Positions 12,031 to 24,000 of a DNA stretch of 64,000 nt are shown one piece after another; the stretch's first letter is position 1, and the number at the start of each line of letters is the position of its first letter. The notes under the pieces were generated by a model that did no database searches, was not told the DNA's origin, and was given only the letters and a program-made list of their open reading frames with translations. A program made the translations under genes and the position numbers. The stretch lies in NCBI GenBank assembly GCA_963924565.1, contig OZ004609.1, positions 38,874,001 through 38,938,000 of the forward strand. The letters run 5' to 3'. The DNA comes from Ascidiella aspersa (lineage: Eukaryota).

Positions 12031-15000
12031 CTGCAACAATGGGTCGTTTGTGACGTGTGAATGGCAGACAATATACAGATTATTATTCTTATTGTTACTC
12101 AAGGTTTGGCGTTTGTTAATGGACAACCTTTTATTTTTCATAAAATTTCTTCACTTCTTATTCAGAAGCGCCACAAAAAAAAATTTTTGCGATTAATCTG
12201 ATAAAAGTTAAACTAACCTCTAGCTCTAAGTTACTTAAATTTTTGTTAAAGGTTTTTCTAAATATCGTTGAAAAGTGAGCTCATGCGCCACAAGTTAGGC
12301 GCCCTTGCCTAAGATCCTTGGAAATGCCATTATAACGATAAACAAACTAATGCAAAAAAAAGAAAAAAGAAAGTTTTTTTTTAATAACAGGAAGTCGGTA
12401 AAAAAAACAAAGCTAAAACGACTATTTATCAAATAGCTCAATGAAACATATGTACAAACATGTGAATGTTAACAACTGAGATCGAGCCCTTCTGAAGCTG
12501 CTTCTGCGATGGCTTTCGGTGTACTAATGATACGCAAGCCGTAATCGAAAAGTAGCTTCAGAAGGGCTAGATCTCAGTTGTTAACACTCACATGTGTGTA
12601 AATATGTTTCATTGTATAATGATATGATACTGGCGATCCCCTTCGTTATGAAGCTGCTTGTACTAACAAATTGAGCAAGCATTGGCGTATGGTTATTTCT
12701 CGACTCGTTCCCTTCTGAGCCTGCATAGCTCAGTTGGTAGAGCGACGGTCCCGGCTTGACCGGAGGTCGTGAGTTCGAACCTCACTGCAGGCCAGTTGTT
12801 TTTCTAGTCTGCACTGCTTACATCATTGATCGACAGATTCGGTGAGTCTGCGATGGCTTTTCGGTGTAATAGCTCAATGTAATTGGATTTCCGCTCATTT
12901 TAACGTAGTTTTCTGTTGTTTTTTACCTTTCTTGTGAATGAGGTTGGTTTGATGAGGAGCTGATCTTCATCAGATGCCGCTTCCTCCATGTTGATGGATG
13001 TCGATCTTCCTGCATCCTTGACTTGCCTCCAGGCTTCCTCAACATCCAACCTACATCGCTCCTCAGTCTAGATCAAAACAGAAAAAATATTACAATAGTT
13101 TGTAAAATAAAAATAAACGTTATTTTCTAAATGAGTAGTATTTTTGGATAAAAAAACAGACAAACATGTCTTTAACAACTGTGAACCAGTTCATTACGGC
13201 TTACGTATCAATAGTACTCCGAAAAGCCATTATAGACTCACCAAATCAGTTGATCTATGATGCAAGAAGGGCAGAGTAGAAAAACAACTAGCCTGCAGTG
13301 AGGTTCGAACTCACGACCTCGGCCGTAAGAGATCGTTGCCCTACTAACTGAGCTACACAGGTTCAAACTAAAGTGTCGAAAAACAACCATAAGTTGTATT
13401 ATAGTTGATGTTTAAACTTAGATTCGTTCAAAGTAAAAATTTTGGCAAATAAATAAAAGCGGTGAAATTTATGCAAGGGTCACAAGTAAATGTCCAACCT
13501 TAACGTTCAAAACGTAAAACTTTAAGACCATTTCAACGATATTGTTTTTCTGTCTTTGCGTTGTTATTTAAACATCTCACTGCAACCTTCTATAAATTGT
13601 TGGAGTAAAATTATTTCTGAGGTTTACTTTCTTAAGAAGTTAGACAGAAACTAGTTCTATGTGTCAAACAAGGCTAGAAAACACCAGTTTATAGCGAGGT
13701 TCGAACCCAGTAATACATCGGTGTAGGAATTGTAAGCGTTAAATAAGGCAGAGGTTGTGTTCTGTTTGTTCACCTGCAACCTCCTGTTTATCTCCTCCTG
13801 AAGTTGATCCTCCATGAGAGCGATCCGATCCGAGAGGCGCATCTTCTCGTTGTGAGTCTCCTCCAACCTATCATCAACATTTAAACAGGGTTATCTAACA
13901 CAAAAAATATATAAATGGGTTAAATAAGATAAACCATTAGGAGATGGTATGGGCCGTTGGGCGCCATATTGTGGTATTGTGGTCATAAAAGGCTTCCAGA
14001 TAATTGTAAATCTTGCATTCCAACTTTATATTACAACTCACCTTTCTTTAACAAGCTCATAGTTGGGATTTTGATCAGAAGTTGAGTTGTCTTGTTGTTC
14101 TTTTGCCTGAAAACACGAAATAATTCGATTATTTTTGGAAAATATGCTGTTTTAGACCGATTTTTGTCCGGAGCTTAAGGATTTTATTTACCGATTTACA
14201 TTGAAATACGAATTATCGAATTCTTAAAAACTAAAAACAAACTAGAATTTGAACTCAAACTACATTTAATTAATTCACAATCAATTTAGTTTAAATCGCT
14301 TTTTTTTTCACCAGAATGTGAACGGTAAATATTCTTATGTTTATACGTTTTAGCATAGCCATTTAGAATATTTTTTTAAATTCTTTGTTTCGACTGAGAG
14401 ACTAAAATGCCGTTGGACAAAATTAGCGTTTTTGGTAAAACTAGAATTAGAGCACAAGCAATTCACAAAATAGATTAGAGTGTGAAATTTGCTTTAAATC
14501 TTTGAATTAGGAAACTAGAATTATAATTATCCAGCTGTCCAGTCCGTACCTTGAGCTGTTCTATGTGTCGAAGTGCGTTTTCGTGGTTGATGTGGAGGTT
14601 GTTGTACTGAGCTTGTAGTTGTTGAACGACTCGGCTCGCTTCCACAAGCTGTGAGTGGAAATGCTCGCGATCCGACAACGCCTGCTCGAACTAAAGCAAC
14701 AAATTGTAGATCAGCAACACTATGGGAGCCACATATAATGTTTGTGTTACTTATTGGTCAGTTGAACTCCTGTGTTTTTATTACGACTTTAAAGACCTTT
14801 AAGATTCAATTTATTTTATTGCATTTTTGCAAACATTGCAAGGTTGACAACAACTTCCTTGGAAGGGTCATTTCCTAACAACGTTTGTAACAGCGGCCCT
14901 TAGTCCCATGGTGGTCCACAGGGCAGGTTCGAGTAATACAGACCACATTATTTTAATGATTACCCAGAAACTCAAATTAGAGATTTAATTTTGACTTCGG

Positions 15001-18000
15001 AGACACATTCTTTATGAATTAAGACACGCCCCCCGTGAAAAATGTAAAAGGTAGTTTTAGAAGGTGGCCTAACTAAATTCGAGAAAAATTACAGAATTTT
15101 AAACTTGCTGGGCTCTTTTAAAAGTTTTAATTAAAATTTTCCTGAAAATAACTTTTTTCTGTCAACGGAGCCTTATTCAGCAACGTTCGGGGCCCAGCAC
15201 CAACAGATAAATACGAGGCTGAATATTTGCAACTTTGAACGATTGTGGTTGAATATTAGATCACTGAAGACTCACCTGGATGGAGAGAGACTGGAGTCGC
15301 TGCTCGGACGCGGAGTATTGCTCCCTGATAATCCTTATCTCTTCCTGAAGGTCTTCCCGAGATGGAGAGGACTTCATGGCAAGAGCGGATCCCAGAAGAT
15401 CGATCTGTAGCTTCAGTCGATCACCGGGGACATCAGCGGAAGATAATTGATGCTGGTCGCGGACGAGCTTGGGTGATGCGATTGCTAGAAGACCCTGGAA
15501 TACTGATCCTTCCTTAGCGATGGATGCCACTGCGGACTCGATCTGGCTCCTCAGGATCACGACTTCCTCTTCCTTGCAATGAAACTCCTTCTGTATCTGG
15601 ATCGCGTTGTCATGGAGACCCTGGATCTCGGCTTCTTTCTCCTCCAGCAACTTTGATGATGAAGTGAGCTCCTGGATCGTTTCCCCCTGCTCCTGGATGT
15701 TCATGATGAGCCGCGTCTTCTCCTCCTCCCACCTCCTCTGGGAGCTTTCCAACTCTTCCTCCAGGAGCTGACGTTCTTCCTCGCATCTTCTCCGCTCCTC
15801 GCCAACATCTTCAACCTTCTGTTTCCAGGCAACAACCTCTCCCGTAAGTTTCTCGACATTTTCACGAGACTTCTGGCTTGCAGCTTCAAGGTCACTTTTT
15901 TCACCTTGAAGCGCCTCAAGGTCGCTCCGGATGTTCTCGATCTCTTCGTTCTTCTCTCGGATCTCGATCTTGAGCCTCCGGATGTCGTCCACGTAGGCGA
16001 TGAGGAGCGCGTTGACCTCCGGGACGCTCCCTGCTCCGTAGCTCTCCAGGAGAGTCCTCACCTGCCTCCTCATCTGCTCTAGTTCTTCTTGTTGTCGGTG
16101 GATGAGGCGATCCTTCTCAGAGAGCTCAGACTTGAGGTGGTTTTCGTTCGTCTCGTATTGAGTCCGGAGGACCCCCAGGGAGCGCGTCTGTGAGAGGAGC
16201 CGAGCAACTTCCGTCTTCAGGGCATTGTTTTCACCGGAGGATGCTCCAAGCTCCGACTTGAGCCTTTTGCAGTCCGACACGAGCTCCGAGATCATCTTCT
16301 CCCTCTTCCTCATCTCGTGGTGGAGGTCCGGGGACTTCTGCATCGATTCCTCCTGGATCCCATTCTTGTCATCTCGCTCCCGGAGTACAGAATCAAGCTC
16401 CTCCTTCTCTTGGTTCTCGAGAATCGTTTTGAGCTCCTCCAGCTCGCTCCTTGATCTTCCAAGGTCAGAGGTCAGAAATTCGACTTTCTCCTCCTCTTGT
16501 TTGATCCTGATCCTCGCATCCGACAACTGGGAGGAAGTCCTCTCGAGCTCCGACCTCGCATCTTCTTGATCCGCTTCAAACTTCTCGGATGCTCGCTCGA
16601 GATCCTCCACAGCTTCAGCCTTTTGTTCCTGAACAAAAACAATTGTTACCAAACAATCACTGAACGACGCAAAAAGTAGAAAGGCGGAAACTGCTTAAGT
16701 TAAGATGGAGTATAACGAACCGGAAAGATTCACAACAGTCGACTCAATTTGTTTTTTGTTTTTGTTTTTTTTAACAGTGGTTCTTAACCTTTTATGATCG
16801 TGGCCCCCATCGAAGGCTCGCGGCCCTCGTGCCCCACCTGCCTAACATTGTGTTTAACGTATTTTTAATTGTTTTACTTCTTCACGCAAAATACAGCCAT
16901 TATTCAACGAATAAATGCACTTAATTTTAAAAAATTAAAAAATAAGTCATTTTACTTTAAATTAACATAGTTAGTCATTACAAATCTTGTTTTTGTATTC
17001 CGCCAAGCTATTTTTATGTTCGGCTCTGTTTTGTACTGAGCCAAGCATTCGTCGAGATGATTTCTCGATTTTCGCTTTATTAATGTGTACTATTAGCCTA
17101 CTTGACAAATAAACTGTGTATACCGTATAACCTCTTTGAATGTTGGCCTAAAATTGACCTTGAGTAACAGCATACCTTATTGTTTTACGATGGAATGTTT
17201 CTTTTGCAACTGAACGCCCGAAATTGCAAACCATTTCACCTGGCATTACACACTAGTTTCTCGCCTAGTAACATTTGCCGGACACTTGATGGTTGGGTAT
17301 CGGCAAGTAATAATTGGGCGCCCGAAAAAACCCTAACACCGCACTGCATGGCTAGTGGCTCCGTATAAAGCAGCGCAGTAATTGTTTGCGGCAGCCTTTT
17401 AACCAAACATGCCACTCGCGAACGTTCAATTAGGCGTAATTTTCCGCGATGAAAAGAATAAAAATGATTCAATATTTTACTTTAAACATCACTAATGACA
17501 AGTCAAAGAACGTGTCAGAAAAATGGGTTACAAAACGTTAAAAGAAAGGTTTACAGTTAAAATAAAAAACACAAAATTAAGTTAACTAGTAAATTTTGAA
17601 AATAGTAACATTTTGGTTTCGTAATATTTAGCAAGAGAGTTATGCCCGTGCCCCCCCAATGACCGTTTCGTGCGCCCAGGGGGGCCGAGGGCCACGGTTG
17701 AGAAACCCGGACATAGGGAATTAACATAAATAACTTTGAATTTAATTATTATGAGCCACGTCTTGTTTGTTTGAATTAAAATAACAAGGCCGTTCTAAAG
17801 TTGTTTCTTCATTAATTGATTGGGTGTCGTCATTTTAAATAGGGTGATTATACGAAGTTTGGTAACAACACTTAAAAGGTTAAGAACCACTGAACTAGAA
17901 TTTAGGTCGAAGATCATGTTGGAATTATTTGAGTCGCAAGTTTTTCGTAATTGTTTATTTCTTTCAACTTACTTGTAAAGTTACGAGTTGGAGTTCAAGT

Positions 18001-21000
18001 TCATCGATTTTCTTCCGGAGTTTATCTTCCTCCGACTTCATTTCCTCCGCATCTTTCTTCAATCTTCCAACTTCATCCTTGTGTGACTCCTTAGCGCCCT
18101 CCAGTGCCACCTCCACTTCATCGCGAGTCTTCTTCGACTCATCCAGTTGTGCCTCAAGGTCATTTATTCTGGCTTCAAGATCGGAGCACTTTGACTCCTC
18201 GGAGGACTTCATCCTTTGGAGGCTGGCGGACTCGGATCTTCGTCGCTCCCTCAACTTCTCCTTGACAAGTGAGTTTTCTTTCTCGAGTCGCTTGCGGACT
18301 TGCTCGTGGCTCTCCAGCTCTGATTGGAACGCAGAGTTGAGATGATCGCAATCTCGCTGCAGCGCCGAGCACTTTTGCTTCGTTTTATCGAGCTCCGCTT
18401 TGTCTTCTCTTAATCGCTCGAGTTCTTCCGATTGCGACGCTTCGCTCTCCTCAAGAGCCGACAACTTGCGCTCAAGGTCAGATATTTGATCTTCAAGGTC
18501 GGCCACCTTTGCTTCACGCTGTTCGATCTTGAGCAAAAGTTCCTCCGCAAACTTCTTGTGTGCTGAGGACTTTAGCAGGACTTCCTCCATCTTGTTGATG
18601 AGCTTCTTGATTCCTGGCTCCTGCTCCCATAATTCAGGCTGCGTCTTCTTCAGCTGCTTCAGAGTTTCTTCGATTAAATCCCGACGTAACTTCACAAGTT
18701 CTTGATCCTCGGGACTCGATTGTTGCAGCGTTTCACTTTGTATCGCAACATTCGACCTCTCGGCAGCCTCAAAGTCATTTATCGTGGTTTGAAGATCGCT
18801 TATTTGCTGAGCTAAACGTTGAGCTTCTTGTTGCAATTGTAGAAGCTCCTCGCTCAACTTTGATTTTTCCTCCATGAGAGTTGAAACTTGTTCCCGTAAA
18901 TTCGCTTCATTATCGACGAGAACTTTGTGATCATCTCTAAACTCTCGAAGTTCCGCTTCCAGCTTCCCAACAGCCTCTTCGTCCTGAGAAGCAGCCTCCG
19001 CATCCCCAGAGTTCGACTTCTGAAGAAGAGCTTTCAGTTCATCGCACCTTTGCGTCGCTTCATCTCTCTCCAGCGATTGTTTCTCGAAATCTTCCCCGAG
19101 TTTCTCCAGCATCACAATCTTCTCGCGTTTCTCTGCCTCAAGATTCCTGCATCTTTCCTCAAGCTCTTTATTCTGTTCTTCCGTGTCTTTGATCTTCTTC
19201 CTCATGGAGGGAACATCCCCGGAATCTCCCTGACTCTTCTCCAACTTCCGGATGCACTTCTGCGCCGACCTGAGCGCTTCCGAACGCTCCGAGATCGTCT
19301 TCTCCATCTTCTTGGTCCTTGTTTCCATGGCAACCACCATTTCGTTCATGTCCTTGCTGCAGGTTTGAAGAGTCGAGATCTCAGCTTCCAAGTTCACGAT
19401 CTTGCTCCGGCAATCCGTAACTTCCTGCTCCAAAGAGGACTTTTCTTCGAGGAGTTTTTTATTGTCATCTTCAAGTGAAGATTTCTTCGCGGAGGATTCT
19501 TGCTCAAGATCGAACAATTTTTGATGCAGAAGCGAAACTTCGTCTTTTTTATCTTTCAAGCGCGTCTTTAGATCATCGCTCTCAGATTTTAGCTCCGCAA
19601 CTTCCGCGTTTTTATCTTCCTGCTCTTTATTTCGAATGTTTCCCTCCTCCTCAACTCTCCTCTGTAGCTCCCGCAACTTCTCCTCCTGCAGCTTGGATGC
19701 TGCCATGAGCTCCTTCCTGGAGAGGAGGGCGGCTTTTAACTTCCGCTGCATCAGGATCACTTTTCCGTCCTCGTGCTCCGACCTCTGTAGCTCCTCCTTG
19801 TGTACGCTCTCCCGCTCCGACTCGACCCGCTGGAGGGAGGTGTTGAGCTCCTCCACGGTTGCCATGAGACGCTCGATCTCCGATTGTTTCTCGGAGCTGA
19901 TTTGCTCGAGGTTTTCTTTCTCGGTGGAAATCTCGCAAAGTTTCGCTTCGGTGAGGTTTAAGCTCGCGTTGAGCGAATCTTCTTCGCTTCTGCTTTGTTT
20001 TATCTGGCGCAATTGATCTTCAAGCAAATAGACTTCCTGTGATTTTTGATCAACATCTTTAAGGAGCGAAGATCGTTCTTGCTTCAAAGATTCCAGCTCT
20101 TCAACATTTGATTGAAGTTCAGTTGTTTTAGCGCAAAGTTCTTCTCGCAATGTTTCAAATTCTGTTTCACATTTGTTGAGATCGTTGGACTTCGTGGACA
20201 GTTTTTCACTCAAAGAATCACATTCTTCCTTCAAAGCAGCCATTTCCCTGGAAGCAGAATTAAGATCGGACTCTTTGTCGGAAACAGCTCGCTGCATTTC
20301 TTCGATCTGAGCTTCAAATTCTTGCTTCATCTTCTGGAACTGCTCTTCCGATGCCAACAACTTTGTGTTGGATTCCTGCAGATCCAAAGTCATGCGGTTA
20401 ACCTCTTCTTTATATCTTCCAACAACTTCTTCCCGCGACTTGTCAACCTCCGCAAGCTTCTTTTGCATCCTGAAGATCTCAGAGTCCGTTTGTTTCTTGG
20501 ATGCAGCGGATGTTGCCATCAATTGATCAAGTTTAAGCTGAACTTCATCTCTGCTTTCGATGGAACTTGCAAGATCAAAAGTCAAGCTCTTCACTTCTTC
20601 AACTTTCTCCTGCATCATCCCGCTAACTTCTTCGATCTTCATCTTTAAGGATTCAACTTCGGACTCCTTGCTGCCTACTTGTTGCTTAGTGATGTCCTCT
20701 AAACACTCCTGGGTTAATTTGAATTGTTCTTCAAGTTTTGAATATTGTTCATCTTTGGTTTTAATCATGTCAAGATGTTCAGAGTTGTTAAGTTGCATTT
20801 TGTCCATCAAAGAAGCAACCTCTTGCTCCAGGATTGTTTTTTGGTCCACAACCGACTGTATTTGATCGGTTAATTGCTGTTTTTCTTCCCGCAAACTTAA
20901 GATGTCAGCTTCAAGGTTTTTAACCTCACTTGCTTTTTCTTCCAGGGAACTTTCGGCAGCTTTAAATAAACTTTCATCGACAAGACTTGCGCTTGAATCA

Positions 21001-24000
21001 TCAAAGGATGAAGCGTTCTGTTGTTCGGAGCTCAACGACTCGTTCAACTTCTCGGCGATGTTTGCGCGATTCTCCGCTTCTTTTAGTTTGTTCATCACGG
21101 CTTTGCGCGAAACGAGCGAAGCCTTGAGTTTTCGCTGCGCATCGGAAAGTTGTTTCTCGGCAGCTTTTAACTTAGCTTCGATGTCGCTTTCTTCAGGTTC
21201 CTTGGTTGTTGCTTCGCTCTGCTTCGCTTCTTTCAGTTCCTGTCTTAATCGTAAGTTTTGCTTTTCGACTTCGGAAAGTTGTTCGACCTGGAAAAAAAAA
21301 TATATGAGTTAAATCATAAAGACAACAATCATCTCTATTTGGAGTTTAAAAAATAAATAAATCTTTTTACCAGATAATGTGAGGTGTAAGGCACAAACAC
21401 AATCGCTAAACCAGGCTCGCTCAACATTAATTGTTTTAACCATCAGGATGGCTGAGCTACAATTGCTGTAGGGGCATATAACAGAGTTTTCAAAGTCTTT
21501 TTTCGTATTATTATGGGAAAATTAACATAAGTAAGTAGTATTGATTAGCTTTAGAACAACAGTAGTAATCGGCTATTTCAGCTGTAATTTTTTAAATTAT
21601 ATAGTAATAATAAAAAAAGGAACTTCATAACATTTTTTCGTAATATGTTACAGGCCAATTTATAGGGTTCAGGGCTTCAAAGGTTGGGTACCCTTGTTGA
21701 AGAAACAACAAAAGGCTTAAAATTTACCATTTTCTGTAGATTTTCTTTTTCCACCATCAACGAATCCAACTTTTCCCGCATCTCATCTGCTCCATCGTGT
21801 TCAACCAGTTTCGCAATTTCCTCTTTCTTCGTCGATATTGCATCGACAAGTTCCTGGTTCTTACTCTCAAGGTCACCACAGCGAGCTTCAAGGTCGTTTA
21901 TTTGGATCATTTGACCTTCAAACTCCTTCTGCTTGAGGTCAAGCGTGCTCCTCAATTTTTCCAGGTCTGCAGAGAAGTTATTTTGGGCGGATTGTCTTTC
22001 TTCTAGCAAGGTTTGATGTTGAAGGTTTTCTTCAGAAATTCGAGAAAGAAGTGAATCTTTTTCTTCGTCCAAAGCCAACTTTGCTTCTTGAAGATTTTTT
22101 AAACTGCTTTCTTTTTCTTCCAAGATCTTCTGAAGTTCTTGTGATTTCGTTTCTTTTTCCTCATTTTGTGAAAGTAGATTGTCGCAGGATTTTCGCAAAC
22201 GCTCATTTTCAGCTCGATTTTGATCGAGTTGATTTCCAACTTCCCGCAAAAGTCCTTCGAGTTGAGTTTTTGAATCCTGAAGACTTTTAACTTCATCCAC
22301 CAAGCTCAAGTTTTCTGATTGTTTCTCCTCGAGTTGGTTTCCAAGTTCGCGTTTATCTTTCTGCAACTCCTCGAACCTCGTCGTCGAATCTTCATGATTT
22401 TGTTGCAGAAGTTCCTCAAATTTTGTCGAACTCTCGCTCCTCAACCTCGAAAGCTCCTCATCCTTTGCACCAAGCTGCTTCCCAATGTTGCGAAGACTTT
22501 CCTCCTGCTCTTCCAGGCTCGCTGACTTCTGATCCAACTCCTCACTTAAACTGGTAACAGTGTATCTCAGGGAATCCACCAGGAGTCTTCCTTCCTCTTC
22601 ACATTGGAGCAACTTCCGATCCCTTGCATCCAGGGATTCCTCAAGAAGACGCTTCTCCTCTTCCAACTTCCCAACAACCTCCTCCCCTTTGTTCAAAGAC
22701 ATTCGGGATTCCTGCATCTCTTGTTGATAACTCGTGAGATTGTTCCCAGCTTCATCCAGTTTATGACGCAGTGCTTCAACTTCCGCATCCTTTGCTATCA
22801 TGGTTTCGGCAAGTTCTCCGCTTTGTTGCTTAGCAACCACAACATCACGTTCACGCTCAGCGATAACTACTTGCATCTCGGCGATCCTGGATTCCAAATT
22901 CGAAGAAGAGGACTCGAGCTCTTGCATCTGAAGACTTTTTCTCTCCAGTTCTCTAAGAGCATCTTCCATTTTGGTGGATAAAGCGAGGTTTTCCTCTTGA
23001 AGGGCGTTAACCTTTTGTTCCAGGAACTTTATCCCCTCATCATCGGATTGTCTTCTCGCCTCTAGCGATCCCTCGAGATCCTTAATCCTCTGAATCTCCT
23101 CCTGTAGTTTAAGATGAAGTCTTTCTTCTTCTTCCGCCATCTTTAGTTTGTCTTCCTGGAGTTGTCCGATGATCATCCTGAAGTCCTCATTCATCTTACT
23201 CGCTTCTTCATATTTAATCCTTAATTCATCCTCAACATCCACCATCTGCCTCTTCTGATCCTCAAGGACCTGGAGCTTCTGGATGAAGATCTCCTGTTTC
23301 CTAGAGTCCTCTACACCCATCGCATCTTTCTCTTCTTTAAGGACTTTAACCGCATCTTCTAGTTTGAGGTTGATCTCCCTTTGTTCCTCTTGTTCAACAG
23401 CAAAACGCTCCAAGAGGATAATTTTTTCCTGGAGGTTGCTTCTCATCAGATCTTGCTCATTGTTCTTTTCCTCAATGATAAGAATCTTTTCATCTCGGAG
23501 AACTTTAAGATCTTCTTCCAACTTGATCCTCTCCTTGTTAAAAGACTCGGTGAGAAGAGCGATGTTGCTCCGGAGGGATACGACCTCCTCTTCTTTAATC
23601 CTTGCTTCCTCCTGGATGTTCTCCACCACGGACCCCAGTTGGAGCTTCATCGAGTCAACGAGGATTTCAAGCTCTTCGTTTTTCTTTTGAGCGGAAAGCA
23701 ACTCCTAAAACATGGAAATAAGTTCACACACATGTCGATTTTTATCCAAGTAACTTTTTGGCATAATTTGTTGCTCAGGGGTTCTTAAAAACTCGGGCCT
23801 TTTAACCCCTACGTGTACGCTATATCTAGTTTTAGGGGTCCATGAAAGTGTTTGATTAAACATAAAACCCTATTCTTTTTTTTTAATAGTTTAATTGAAG
23901 CAACGCTTTAGCATATTCTTAATGAAAGTATTAAGACATTTCAGTTTCAATTTGTTCGACCGAAAATAGCATTTAAAAAAAATGTTTTTTAGTCTATTAG

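Noticed and set aside
12520-12690. Twister-, hammerhead- or HDV-like ribozyme inside the tRNA-containing element (words CAAGCC, UUCAGAAGGG, CUAAUGA..GAAA, GGCGUAU)
   Set aside because: The required pseudoknot partners and core bases could not be assembled in any of the three copies; needs a covariance-model search on the family consensus.
12719-12794. Functional tRNA gene (nominal GGC anticodon)
   Set aside because: The loop lacks U33 and purine 37, has an extra base before the anticodon stem, has diverged copies elsewhere in the window, and sits inside a TSD-flanked repeat.
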